Assembly (NCBI RefSeq): GCF_963921235.1
Contig: NC_086107.1
Span: forward strand, 112,594,001-112,658,000
Length of the DNA: 64,000 nucleotides
Direction: 5' to 3'
DNA from: Mobula hypostoma
Taxonomy: Eukaryota
The first letter of the stretch is position 1; each line of letters begins with the position of its first letter. The notes below the pieces were generated by a model. That model saw only the letters and a list, made by a program, of their open reading frames with translations, was not told where the DNA came from and did no database searches. Below are positions 38,580-52,527 of the stretch, one piece after another. The position numbers were made by a program, and so were the translations under genes.

Positions 38580-38714
38580 GTTAGACATTTCTATCCTGGG
38601 AAAAAGATACTCTATCTCTGCTTCTCATAATCCTGTAAACCTCTATCAGATCTCCCCTCAGCCTCCGGCACTCAAAAGAAATTAATCCAAGTTTCTCAAG
38701 CCTCTCATGATGGG

Positions 38715-38950
38715 GGGAGGGGGAACATTGACTCAGACCATGAGAGGCCTGCATCGAGTATTTTCATGCCTTACAAGGCGCAGATTGGAAGTCTGTGTGG
38801 GGCGCCATTCCTCGCACAGACACTAGAGCAATGTGTGATTAAGTGCCTTGCTCAAGGGCACAAACACGCTGCCACAGCTGAGGCTCGAACTGGCGACCTT
38901 GAGATAACTAGACGAACGCCTTAACCACTTGGCCACGTGACCAACTCTAA
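38715..38950 (-). mobile_element. tRNA-derived SINE with the same head and a different tail
   Basis: CACGTGGCCAAGTGGTTAAGGC...AGTTCGAGCC head; ATGATGGG duplicated at 38707-38714 and 38951-38958. Confidence 0.8.
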
Positions 38951-39924
38951 ATGATGGGATATGCCCTCTAAACCAGGCAACATCCTGGTAAACCTCTCCT
39001 GCAGCCTCTCCAAAGCCTCAAAATCCTTCCTATAGTGGAGTTACCAGAACTGTATGCAATACTCCAGATGTAGCCTAACCAGTTCCAACATAATCTCCTG
39101 ACTTTTGAACTCAATGTTTCGACTAATGAAAGCAAGCATTCCATAAGCCTTATTAACCACCTAGCGACCTGTGCAGCCACTTTCACGGAGCTACGGACCT
39201 GAAGCAGATTACGTGGCAGTTTCAGGACTACGATTTGTGGGATCTTGCTGTGTGCAAATTGACAACTATTTCTCAGGAATAATACGATAAGCATTAGTTT
39301 TGTGTCGATATTAAAGGTGTGGACTCTTCCCAAAACATTCTGTAGAAAATTTAAAGGAGTAGGCATATATCACCCAATCTGACCATTCATTCAGATTGTG
39401 GATGATTGTCCAACAGTGTAGAGAACGTCCCTAGAAACGTACTTGTCTTCCATCCAGTGAGTTCAGTCTCATTTTTGTTGTAAGAACGAAACAGAAGTCA
39501 CAATAACAACTTCCTCAATCACGGTAGAAACTCCAAGATTTCTCATGCACCTCTTTTAGTCTCAGTTATTGATTCTCTCATTGTAGACCCTGTTACAAGG
39601 GTCTACAGGGATATGGGCCAAATGCAGTCAAATGGCACGAGTTCTGTGTGCACTGTGGTTACCATGGGCTAGTTGGGCCAAATGGCCTGCTTCCATGTAG
39701 TGTTGCTCTATGACTCTGTAACACTTGGACAGGTACGTGCAGGAGTTTATACGTTCTCCCTGTGACCACGTGGGTTTCCACTGGGTGCCCCAGTTTCCTC
39801 CCACAGTCCAAAGATGTTCTGGATGGTACATTAATTGGTCATTGTAAATTGTCCCATGATTAGGCCAGGGTTAAATTGAGGGATTGCTTGAGAGCCTATG
39901 CCGTGCTGTACCTCAATAAATAAA

Positions 39925-40250
39925 TAAAATACTCCCTGCGTTGAAATACACGCAGCTCAGAACATTAACCTCACCATACTCAACCTTTTGATTCCTGACC
40001 TTGTACGTAGGCTTAACAACGTCCTCCTCACCAGCCACTCTACTATCTGTTCTGGTGCTCTGGTCCCGAGCTCCCTGAAGTTCTAGTCTAAACCCACCAC
40101 CCCCACCCCTAGCTAACCTTCCCGCGAGGATATTAGTCCCCTTCCAGTTCAGGTGCAAACCGTCCTTTCTGTACAGGTTCCACCTTCCCTGGAAGAGAGC
40201 CCGGTGATCCAAAAATCTGAAAGACCTCCCTCCTGCACCACCTCCTTAGG
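39925..40250 (-). mobile_element. CR1 ORF1 (esterase-like) end / ORF2 start fragment
   Basis: LYRKDGLHLNWKGTNILAGRL followed by LSCVYFNAGSI. Confidence 0.75.
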
Positions 40251-40254
40251 CAAT

Positions 40255-40990
40255 AGCCAATAGGTGCAGGAGTAGGCCATTCAGCCCTTCTAGCCAGCAC
40301 CACCATTCACTGTGATCATGGCTGATCATCCACAATCAGTACCCTTTTCCTGCCTTCTCCCCATATCCCTTCACTCCGCTATCTTTAAAAGCTCTGCCTA
40401 ACTCTTTCTTGAAAGAATCCAGACAATTGGCCTCCACTACCTTCTGAGGCAGAGCATTCCACAGAACCACAACCGTCTGTGTAAAAGTTTTTCCTCAACT
40501 CTTTTCTAAATTGTCTACCCCTTATTCTTAAACTGTGGCCTCTGGTTCTGGACTCACCCAACATCGGGAACATGTTTCCTGCCTCTAGCGTGTCCAATCC
40601 CTTAATAATCTTATATGTTTCAATCAGATCCCCTCTCATCCTTCTAAATTCCAGAGTATACAACCCCAGTGGCTCCAATCTTTCAACATATGACAGTCCC
40701 GCCATCCCGGGAATTAACCTCGTGAACCTACGCTGTACTCCCTCAATAGCTAGAATGTCCTTCCTCAAATTTGGAGACCAAAACTGTACACAATATTCCA
40801 GGAGTGGTCTCACCAGGGCCCTGTACAACTGCAGAAGGACCTCTTTACTCCTATATTCAACTCCCCTTGTTCTGAAGGCCAACATGCCATTAGCTTTCTT
40901 CACTGCCTGCTGTACCTGCATGCTTGCTTTCAGTGACTGATGTACAAGAACACCTAGAGCCCGTTGTACTTCCCCTTTTCCTAACTTGAC
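40255..40990 (-). mobile_element. CR1 LINE 3' fragment
   Basis: The 178-aa ORF closely matches the 1924-3175 copy. Confidence 0.92.
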
Positions 40991-43378
40991 ACGTGTTAAA
41001 TCGTTACATGCCTATCAAAACATCCAGTGAAATGTGTCATTCGCACCAACGACCAACAGATTTCAAAGATATTCTGGCAAGTGTCGCCATTCTTCCAGCA
41101 CCACCATAACTTACTCTCAACTTCTTAACTTACAAGTCAAAGTTCAAAGTCCATTTATTACCGAAGTACATCTACATTATACAATCCTGAAATTTGTCTC
41201 CTAACAAAACTATTTGTCTCCAGACATTAAGAAAAGACTGCCAACTACCCAATGTGCAAAGAGGTAAAAAACAAATCATGCCAACAGTAAACACAATCAA
41301 ATAGTGTTCTGAACTGAAGTCCACAAAGAGAGTCCGTCTCCAGACCCTTAGTTCAGCGCAGCAAGCTGAACCGATCTGAGCCTCACCTCGGTCCCCAACA
41401 CTCTGACCTTTTCAATCTGCTCCGGTACCGAGATCATTGTCCAAACATCGAGTTCTGTCTCTCCATATGTCTTTGCAATGTGGGAGGAAACCAGAGCACC
41501 CTGAGGAAACCCACGCAGTCACAAGGAGAACGTACAGACTCCTTGCAGACAGCGATGGGAACTGGACCCAGACAGCCGGTGCCGTTTAGCGCTATGCCAG
41601 CCTTTACATTACCGTGCCAACCTTGGTAAGGTGCAGAAGGATATGGTCCTACTGTGGGCAAATGGGGTTAGTGTCGGTAGGCAGAAAGATATTATGGAGG
41701 GGTGGGCTGAGAGGCCCGTTCCTACACTACACAGCGCTATAGCTCTGGATCAATTAGTGAGCAGTGGCAGACTGATCCCCTGAGGACGGGTCCGAACCCC
41801 ATTCCAGGGAAACCCAGTGCTGCGCTGGGAAAGTGAGGCTCCTTTTGAGACACCGATCTTCACAGAAGTAGTTAAACGAAGAGTCATGGGGCTTTTCCAG
41901 ATGGGTCTACCCCATGCCGTATTAATCCATCAATGAATTAATTAATGAGTCAGTTAATTAATTTTAATTATCTGTTTATTTATTTATTGGATGATTGTTT
42001 GATTGAGATACAGTGTAGAAACGGCCCTTCCAGCCCTTTGAGTCACACTGCCCTGCAACCCACCTATTTAACCCTCGCCTAATCAGGGGACAATTCACAA
42101 TGACCAATTGACCTACCGACTGGCACACCTTTGGACTCTGGGAGGAGATCGGGGCACCTGGTGGAAACCTCACAGATTCACAGGGGAGAACATACAAACT
42201 CCTAACAGACAGCGGCGAGAATTGAACCTGGGTCGTTGATACTGTGAAACGTCATGCTAACCACCGTGCTACTGTGCTGGCCCACTCTGTGACTCTATAG
42301 CGCCTGGACAGGAAAGGTTTGGGATATGGGTTGAACACCGGCAAATGGGACTTGCTCAGTGGGCACTAGGGGCAGTACAGACCAGTTGGGCCGAAGGGCC
42401 TGTATCCTCTATGAGGAGGATTTTTTTAAAAACAAATCCAGTCATTTTGAGATCATTATTTATACCAGCTTTTTTTAAAAATTTGTGCTTATTTAACAAA
42501 ATCAATGTATATTTGTAGCTGCCATGAGAGAGATTTAAACATGCCTCAAAAATTAACTCTGGCCTTAGGTTCATTAAACCACAATGCTACCATACCCCAA
42601 GTGGTCACAAGAACAGCTGATTCAGCCCTGAAACCATCTTAACTCTTCATTACAATTCCCTGATATTCATCTTTCTATATTTAAAACACCCAACTCTCTA
42701 ATTAGATCCGTGTCTGCAACTCGTTGCCAGATAGGTGATGCGTTCTATATATAGACACATGCACACGGATGTCCCAGCTGAAACCAGGGTGTCACCGTGG
42801 TTCAGGTCCCAGTTGTTCTGCTGCCCCGAGCACCCTTGCCTGTGCTGGGGAGGTCAGAGACCGCAGAGACCAGGGACCCCCACCATCCAGGCCGTGATCT
42901 CTTCTCGCTGATGCCATCGGGAAGGAGGTGCCTCAGGTCCCACACCATCGGGCTCAGTAACAGTTATTGGCCCTCAGTCACTGAGCATGTGAAGCAGCTT
43001 AAACCACATCACTCGCCTTAACACTGAACTGACTCCACAACTGATCAAGGACTCTATAACTCGCGTCCTCAATATTATTTACTTATTATTATCATTTTTA
43101 GTTTTGTATTTACAGAGTTTGTCTATTTTTGCACATCGGTTGTTCGTCAGTCTTTGTGTGTAATTTTTCATTGATTCCATTGTATTTCTGTGTTCTAATG
43201 TGAATGTCTGCAAGAAAATGAATCTTAGGGTGGTATGTGGTGACATACTGTGCACTTTGATAATAAATTTACATTGAACTTTGAACTGCTGCCTTCCTCA
43301 CTTCCATGAATTCTCAACAGAATTTCCACACTACGGGATTTGCTTGCTGCGATAAACAACAGGCATGATCCTAGCGGC

Positions 43379-43890
43379 AGAATGTTCTACGAGTCTGTGG
43401 TGGCCAGTGCGATCATGTTTGCTGTTGTGTGCTGGGGCAGCAGGTTGAGGGTAGCAGACACCAACAGAATCAACAAACTCATTCGTAAGGCCAGTGATGT
43501 TGTGGGGATGGAACTGGACTCTCTGACGGTGGTGTCTGAAAAGAGGATGCTGTCCAAGTTGCATGCCATCTTGGACAATGTCTCCCATCCACTACATAAT
43601 GTACTGGTTGGGCACAGGAGTACATTCAGCCAGAGACTCATTCCACCGAGATGCAGCACAGAGCGTCATAGGAAGTCATTCCTGCCTGTGGCCATCAAAC
43701 TTTACAACTCCTCCCTTGGAGGGTCAGACACCCTGAGCCAATAGGCTGGTCCTGGACTTATTTCCTGGCACAGTTTACGTATTACTATTTAACAATTTAT
43801 GGTTTTATTACTATTTATTATTTATGGTGCAACTGTAATGAAAACCAGTTTCCCTCAGGATCAATAAAGTATGACTATGACTATGACTAT
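43379..43890 (+). mobile_element. Rex1/Babar-like LINE 3' end
   Basis: MFYESVVASAIMFAVVCWGS...; AATAAA followed by (ATGACT)n tail. Confidence 0.8.
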
Positions 43891-46799
43891 GGAAGAGTAG
43901 GCTAGCAGTTCCAAAGGAAGCCAGGCCAAACGTAGGTAAAACTAAAGTGCGATGCAACATTGTGGGTCAGGGTATCCATTGGGCCAACACTGGCGTGGAG
44001 TAGTAGCCATCTTAGAAAATTTCCCAGGATTTTCGGGCAGTCTCAGTGAATTGAAATGAATTAAATGTAACTAGACTAAAATGAGCTAAATATTATACAG
44101 GTAGAGGGTAAAGAATGGTGTCAAAATTTAAACCATAGAGTCAAACAGCAAGGAGACAGTCTTCAGCTCATCTCATCTAATCTATGGGGTCCAATGAGTT
44201 CCTCCCATCTATCTTATCCATTTCAACTGTGTTGTCCAATGAGCTACTCCCATCTATCTAATGCATCCATGCCGACTGTGTTGACCAATGGGCTACTCCC
44301 ATCTAACTCATCTATGCCAAATGTGTTGTCCAATGAGCTACTTCCATCTGCCTGTATTTGGCTATAGCCCTCCAAACCTCTCCAATCCACATACATATCA
44401 AAGTACAAAGTACAGAAGTTCAAAGTAAATTTTACTATCAAAATACATACATGTCACCATATACAACCATGAGATTCATCTTCCTGTGGGCTTACTCAAC
44501 AAATCAATAGAATTGTTACTATAACAGGATCAATGAAAAATCAACTAAAGAGCAGAAGACAAACTATAAATAAATAGCAATAAATAACGAGACATCGGAT
44601 GGTTCAAAGATCAAAGTATATTTATTATCAAACTATGTATACTTTATACAACCTTGAGATTCATCTTCTTACTGGCAGTCATGAAACCAAGAAACCCAAT
44701 AGATCCTATTAAAAACAAAACAAGGTCATAGAATTTTCAGTGTGCAGAGAGAAAAAAACTAATTGTGCAAGCAATAAAGCAAGTAAGCAGCATTCAGAAC
44801 TGAAGTTCACAACTGCAGCCGATTCAGAAGGCTTCAGTCCACCATGGAATTGAGCAAACCCTGCAGAGCAGCGAGCCAAACCAGCCTCAACACCCCAACA
44901 ATTTCAGTCTGGCTCGTTGCTTAAATCGTCCAAACCTCAGGCCGTTCCTCATCCTCGGGCTTGGGCTCGTACCCAACCTTTCCCTTTCAGCTCGGCTCTT
45001 GCTAATGAGGTAAAGTGAGATCATTGGTTGTGGGAACATGTCAATGATGGGGCAAGTGAGTGTAGTTAACCCCTTCTAAAAAGAGCCTGACAGTTGAGGG
45101 TAGTAACTGTTCTTGAACCTGGTGGTGCGAGTCCTGAGGCTTTAGTACCTTCTACCTGATGGCAGCAGTGAGAAGAGAACATGGCCTGGGTGTGGCGAGC
45201 TCTGATGATGGATGCTGCTTTCCTAAGACAACTCTATGACTTTTAAACATTGCTAATGTGCCTGCCTCAACCACTGTTTCTGGCAGTTCATTCCAAATAC
45301 GTGCCACGCCTCCGCGTGAAAACACTGCCCTTGGTCTCCCTTTAAATCTCTCGCCTCTGATCTCCTATATCTCCAATCTCTTATATCTCTGATCTCCTAT
45401 ATCTATGCCCAAAGTTGGGAAAGAGCTGGACTTTGTTATCAAGAGAACTTTAACCGGATACTTCCAAAATCCTCTATGACTAGGTAGAGTCAACAGAAAA
45501 TCTAGAGTCTTGGTTGTAACGATCAGAAAGATGAGGAAAAACTAGCAGTGGAGAGTATTCTGACTGGTCACATCATGGCTGGTACGGAAAAATCAGCTCC
45601 CATGAATGGAAAAGCCTACAAAAGGTAGTGGATTCAACAGTCCGTCACAGGGGAAGCTCTCCCCATCATTGTGCATTTCCACAAGGAAGCAGCATCCATC
45701 ATCACGGACCCCAGCCGTCCAGGCAGTATTCTCTTCTCGCTGCTGCCTTCGGGAAGGGGGCACAGGAGTCTTAGATCCCACATCTCCCAGTTCAGGAACA
45801 GCAATTACCCCTCAGCCGTCAGGCTCCTGAACCAGCATGGATGGCTTCACCCAACTTAACACTGAGCCGATTCCACAACATACAGACTCAATTTCAAGGA
45901 CTCTGCCACTCACCTTATCAATATTATTTATTTGAACTTTGAGAATTCCTAAAGGCAGTCAATAAGAGGTCACTCAAAAGTTGTTGCATAAGTCATAGGG
46001 AAAAAGGATTGGGAATGAAATATCACCACAGATAAAGGATTGGGGTGACAAAGCCAGAATAAGGAATAAACAAATAATTTTCAGGTGGGAGAGATTTCAA
46101 GAATTGCTTGCTGCTTGTTGTTCTGATGCAATTCAATCCCCAAGGGTTATAACATAGAACAGTACAACACAATATAGGCCCTTCAGCCCACAATCCTGTG
46201 CTGACCTTTTAACCAACTCCAAGATCAGTCCAACCCTTCTCTCCATTCTTCTTTCATCCATGTGCTTATCTAAGAATCTCTTAAATCTCCCTAATGTATC
46301 TACCTCTAACACTCCATGCACCCACCACTCTCTGAGTGAAAAATCTATCTCTGACATCCACTGCCCCCTCGCCCCCGCCAGATATCACCATAAAATTATG
46401 CCCTCTCATATTAGACACTTCCTTGGGGAAAGGTTGCTGGCAGCCCATTGTACACCTCTTATCATCTTCCACACCCCTCTACAAGTCACCTCTCATCCTT
46501 CTTCGCTCCAGAAGAAAAAGGCCTTGGCTTACTCAGTCAATTCTCACACAATATGTTCTCTCATCCAGGCAGATTTAGTGTACCAAATATTTCAACCAGT
46601 AGCTTTATACACATGAGCAGGAATAATATGATATCGAGGGTGCCACAGCCTGTCAAACGCCAACCCTACGTCCCCGCTGTGAAATGGGTATGGCCGGCCA
46701 ACAGGACTCTGGTGAAGCTGTCGAGGCCAATCCCCTGTGCAGTGGACACAATGGATTATGGAAACATTGATGAACTCCAACTATAACATTGACTTCAGA

Positions 46800-47352
46800 C
46801 AGACATCCCACCTCTCCCAGATGTTCTGGGCGTCTCCCACATATTGATAGTGGCTTCCTTATGCCTGCAAATTATATACAATATCCTGGAAATTGATTTT
46901 TTGAGATAGGGAGAGATTAGGGAGAGGGAGGGGGAGAGGGAGGGGGAGAGGGAGGGGGAGGGGGAGGGGGAGGGGGAGGGGGAGGGGGAGGGGGAGAGGG
47001 AGGGGGAGAGGGAGAGAGCACCATGGCAGTGTTCCAAAAAAGAAAATATAAAACGTACGTCACCCCAGACTACACTAAAGTGTACCCCTGCCTAATAGGG
47101 GTCAAAAATAATGACAGTGTTGCTCGCTGCACTGTTTGCAACAGTGACTTTTCTATTGCCCACGGTGGGTTAAGACTGTAAAAGACATGTTGAGGTGAGT
47201 TTAACAGGTGTCATTCGTTCATTAACATAGCTAACATTATTTAAACTAGTTGATTAGCAGCTAAGGAGCTACTCTATTGCAGACATCCCACCTCTTCCGG
47301 AAATTGATGGTGCTACCTCCCCGAAATGAGTTTTTGCAGGGTGGGATGTCTG
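46800..47352 (+). mobile_element. Non-autonomous hAT-like DNA transposon with 6-bp TSD
   Basis: Perfect 13-bp TIR CAGACATCCCACC / GGTGGGATGTCTG; TTCAGA on both flanks; BED-like zinc-finger remnant CTVCNSDFSIAHGG..DCKRH. Confidence 0.8.
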
Positions 47353-47454
47353 TTCAGAGGATGATGGGGGTGGGAGGTCATCGATGGCCTATTCCCCACT
47401 GGGAGCCAAGGGCCCAAGAAGAAGAAAGAAGAGGGAATGCTGGGGAGGTGTAGC

Positions 47455-48821
47455 AGTTTTCATGTTTTATTGTTTTACAACATTGAATCACAATGGTTTA
47501 ATTTGGCTTTTTTTGACACTGATCAACAGAAAAAGACTCTTTCATGTCAAAGTGAAAACCAATCCCTACAAAATGATCTAAATTAATTACAAATATAAAA
47601 CACAAAATAATTGACTGCGTGAGTATTCACTGCCTTTATTATGAAACTCCAGATCATCACTGGTGCAGCCAACTGGGTTTAGAAGTCACATAATTAGTTA
47701 AATGGAGATCTGTTTTTGGAGACCTGTGTGCAGTCAAGGTGTTTCAATTGATTGTAGTAAAAATACACCTGTATCTGGAAGGTCCAACTGCTGGTGAGTC
47801 AGTACCCAGGCAAAAACTACACCATGTCGACAAGGAACACTCTAAGCAGCTCAGCGAAAAGGTTATTGGAAAGCACAAGTCAGGAGATGGATACAGGAAA
47901 ATTGTCAAGTCACTGAATATCCCTTGGAGCACAGTTAAGTCAATCATCAAGAAATGGAAAGAACTTGGCACAGCTGTAAATCTGCTTAGAGCAGGCCGTC
48001 GTCAAAAACTGAGTGACCGTGCAAGAAGGGGACTACTGAGGGAGGCCACCAAGAGACCTATGACAACTCTGGAAGAGCCACAAGCTTCAGTGGCTGAGAT
48101 GGGAGAGACTGCGTGTACAACTGTTGCCCGGGTGCTTCACCAGTCACAGCTTTATGGGAGAGTGGCAAAGAGAAAGCCATTGTTGAAAAAAAAACTTACA
48201 TGAAATCTCAACTAGGAGTTTGTCAGAAGGCATGTGGGAGACTATAAAGTCAGCTGGAAGGAGGGTCTATAGATTGATGAAATCAAAAGTGAACTTTTTT
48301 TTAAACCATCAGATTAAATACAAATGCAAATACACACCACCCCTACTGTGAAGCATGGTGGTGGCTGCATCATGCTGTAGGGGTGCTTCACTGCAGCGGA
48401 CTCTGGAAGGCTTGTGAAGATAGAGGGTAAAATGAATGCAACAAAACACAGGGAAATCCTGGAGGAAAATCCACAAGAGAACTGTGACTTGGGAGAAGAT
48501 TTGTTTTCCAGCAAGACAATGACCCCAAGCATAAAACCAAAGCAACACAGGAATGGCTTAAAAACAACAAAGTTGATGTCCTGGAGTGGCCAAGTCAGAG
48601 TCCAGTCTACAATCCAACTTTGAATTTGTGGCTGAACTTGAAAAGAGCTGTTCACTCATGATCCCCATGCAATCTGACAGGGCTTGAGCAGTTTTGTAAA
48701 GAAGAATGGGGGGGGGGGGGGAGAAATTGCAGTGTCCAAATGTGCAAAGCAGATAGAGACCTATCCAACCAGACTCAAGGCTGTAATTGCTGCCAAAGTT
48801 GCATCTACTAAATACTGACTT
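47455..48821 (+). mobile_element. Tc1-family DNA transposon, decayed (transposase remnant 47824-48818)
   Basis: KEHSKQL...HKSGDGYRKI...STVKSIIKKWKE, VARKKP-like motif, [28 protein letters not shown]; several frameshifts. Confidence 0.9.
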
Positions 48822-51160
48822 GGTTTCTGAATATTGATGCATTTCTATCAACATTCTGTGTTTATAGATTGGATGATGGAATTTTTCAGCATTTTGTTTT
48901 TTATATTTTTGCCTGTTCTTTCTTGTTTTTTTTGTGTGGGGAGAGGGGGATTTGGGGGTCAATGTTCTTGTGACATTTTGTGAGAGCAGATTGGGATTTG
49001 GGGTCTGGGGTGTTGATCATGTTGCGTTTTTTTGTGGGAGAGGGGTGTTGGGGGGTTGGTGATCATGTTGCCTTTCTTTTTTTGTGTGGGCGAGGGATGG
49101 GTTTGCTGTTTCCCTCTCAAATGGCTTCCTTAGTTTTCCTTTGTTTTGTGACTTTCTGGAGAAGACAAATCTCAGAGTTATATACTCCATACATACTTTG
49201 ATAATAAATAATCCTTTGAAACTATTACTAAAAGGAGGAAACTGTCAATTCATGCCGTCCAATTCGCTCACCTAACACAAGAAATGTCACATGGAAAATG
49301 TATGGATTGGTACTGGGCAAACAAAGCAGCTACCGGCCTCCTAGAGTAATGGGATTGAGTTTGAAAGCTTAGTAATTAAGTTACTGGGCAACAGCCAGAA
49401 TTCTGGACCATAGATCTATTTGTGTTTGAAGCCTAACCTGGGAGCTGGGGAATTTGAATGCAAATAATTAAATCAATTTTAAATTTTAATAGAATTAGTA
49501 TTAGTAACAATGACGATGAAATTATTGGTTTATAATAAAAATGTATTTGGCTCACCAATGTTACTTAAGCCCAACACCCCTACTGGGCCACAGGCCACCG
49601 ATAGCAACATCTGTCCTGGGCCAGTCTTTCAAGTTGTCCCCTTGTTCGAAGATCCTTTCTCTCCTAGCATAACGTCTTTAGAACTTCTGTTGGCATTCTT
49701 GTAGCTTTGAGTTTTTACATGATGGGGTTGCTAGCCCCATGACCAACTCTTCTCCTTTTGCGGCTGGGCTTCTATATCATATAATTTTTATTTATAAATA
49801 AAGTATATTTTTAAAAAGAACACAGATTAAGAGGAAGGTTGTGTGGACTCCAAACCCTAGAAATAGCCAGATGACCTATTATCAGCCCTTAAAGCGGAGA
49901 AGTAAGACTGTAGATATTGGAATCGAGCAAAAACTTTGAGGAACTCAGCAGATCAGGCTGCATCTGTGGATGGAAATATACAGTCAATATTTCAGGTCCA
50001 GGAAATTTCATCTAGATTGTACAGTCCAGATTAAGAGTCTTGAATCATCGAATGCCCATTTCTCTCATTTGAGCTACTGCCCTTAATAACACGTATCAAA
50101 GGGCATTTAAGGGGTGTGGCTTAGCTGCTAAGCCTGGTGGATCTGTTTCTACTGACAGGAGAAGGGGCAAAGGCGGGTTACTGGTGCCTTAAAGCCAGTC
50201 ACTTTGGGCAGATGGAGCTGGTCGGCAGCTCATCTAGCAGAAGGGAAACTCTGATCTCAAACCTCCACTGCCTTGGGGAAGGCTTCAGGAGTAAGCCCTG
50301 AGGGAAAAATCCGGAGCTGGAGTCCCTAAGGCAGTCTGACGTTGACCAGCAGCTCCTGCAACGCCGTAGGTGCCAAACTGTATCGGTCCCTGCCGTTCCT
50401 TTGGGTTCATCGGCTGCATGGAGAGGGAAGCCTGCTACATGGACAACAGCTCGCTCTCTACATCATACTGTCCTGGCTTGCGTACTGGAGGACCACACCC
50501 GACCTCACAATCCACCTCATTATGATCTTGCACTTTATCATTTACCTGCACTGCATTTTCTCTGTAATTGTGACACTCTATTCTGTTACTGTTTTACCTT
50601 GTTCTACCTCAATGCACTGTGTAATGATCTGATCTGTGTGAACAGTATGCAAGGCAAGCTCTCCACTCAGCACGTGACAATGATAACCCAATACTAATAC
50701 CAGGACCAAAACACTAAATGCCAAACCCCACTGCCTCAGTAAAGCAGCCAACATCATCAAAAACCCCAGCCACCCTGGGCATTTACTCTTCTTCCTTCCC
50801 CCAGTCAGACAGAACATATGAAAGTCAGAAAGCACATATCACCAGGCTGAAGGACAGGTCCATCCCACTGTTATCAAATGCTTGAACAGACCTCTTGTCC
50901 AATAAGATGAACTCTCGGCCTCACGATCTACCTCGTTATGGTTTTGCCCTTTATTATTTCACTGCACTCTTTTGATAGCTTTTACATCTTATGCTGTGTT
51001 GTCATGTGCAATCACAAGAGGCTGAACAAACTTGGGCTGTTTTTTCAGCGGCGGAGGCGGAGATCCGATCAAAGTTTATAAGATTATGCGAGGCAGAGAA
51101 AGAGTAGACAGGGAGCATCTTTTAGCCAGGGTAGAAACATCTAATACCAGAGGGCATGCA

Positions 51161-51870
51161 CTAGGTGTTCTTGTACATCAGTCACTGAAAGTAAGCATGC
51201 AGGTACAGGAGGCAGTGAAGAAAGCTAATGGCCTGCTGGCCTTCATAACAAGGGGAATTGAGTATAAGAGCAAAGAGGTCCTTCTGCAGCTGTACAGGGC
51301 CCTGGTGAGACCACACCTGGAGTACTGTGTGCAGTTTTGGTCTCCAAATTTGAGGAAGGACATTCTTGCTATTGAGGGAGTGCAGCGTAGGTTCACAAGG
51401 TTAATTCCCAGGATGGTGGGACTGTCATATGTCGAAAGATTGGAGCGACTGGGCTTGTATACTCTGGAATTTAGAAGGATGGGAAGGGATCTGATTGAAG
51501 CATATAAGATTATTAAGGGATTGGACACGCTGGAGGCAGGAAGCACGTTCCCGCTGATGGGTGAGTCCAGAACCAGAGGCCACAGTTTAAGAATAAGGGG
51601 TAGGCCATTTAGAACAGAGTTGAGGAAAAACTTTTTCACCCGGAGAGTGGTGGATATATGGAATGCTCTGCCCCAGAAGGCTGTGGAGGCCAAGTCTCTG
51701 GATGCTTTCAAGAAAGAGATGGATAGAGCTCTTAAAGATAGCGGAATCAAAGGTTATAGGGATAAGGCAGGAACTGGATACTGATTGTGGATGATCAGCC
51801 ATGATCACAGTGAATGGCGGTGCTGGCTCGAAGGGCCAAATGGCCTACTCCTGTACTTATTGTCTATTGA
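51161..51870 (+). mobile_element. CR1 LINE 3' fragment nested in an older CR1
   Basis: The 250-aa ORF is a chimera of old and young CR1; the host element resumes at about 51870 (GAAGGTGAGAGGGGG). Confidence 0.9.
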
Positions 51871-52325
51871 AGGTGAGAGGGGGTAGGTTCGAGGGGAATG
51901 TGAGGGGGAAGTTGTTTTTTTTTAAACTCGAGTGGTGGATGCCTGGAATGTTCTGCCTGGTATGGTGGTAGAGACAAATGCATTGGAGGCTTTTACAAGA
52001 CATTGTGTAGGTCAGAGGGATTTGTTTTGGGGGTTCCCCCCAATTTATTTTTTTTTAGCTGGTTTGGTACAACATTGTGCGCCAAAGGGCCTGTCTTTGT
52101 GCTGTACTCTATGTTCTTATTTTACCTTATTCTAACACAATACACTGTGTAAGTATTTGATCTGCATGACAGTATGCAAGGCAACCTATTCACTGTATCT
52201 TGAGATATTTTACAGTAATAATCCAATACCAACAGATCTGTTTGGAGGCAGGACTGAACCTGCCCAACATGGCCACTCCGAGCCTGCAGATTTGGTGGAT
52301 TTTGATATTGGGACTGGACATCTTG

Positions 52326-52527
52326 ATTGTCACAGGCATGGCCTCCCCCAGAGTCAGGAGTCTGTATGTATCCAATATTGTGACAGGTATTGCCTCCCCC
52401 CCGTGTCGGGAGTCTACGCATGCCCAATATTGAGACAGGCACTGCCTCCCCCCCGTGTCGGGGGTCTACATGCGTCCAATATTGAGACAGGCACTGCCTC
52501 CTCCCCCCAACATCAGGGGTCTGCACA
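52326..52527. repeat. 52-bp tandem repeat, about 4 imperfect copies
   Basis: CCAATATTG at 52372, 52424 and 52476. Confidence 0.85.

Noticed and set aside
51178..51750. Antisense ORFs over CR1 and Rex copies (e.g. 190 aa)
   Set aside because: Recurrent shadow frames of the same repeat families with no independent support.
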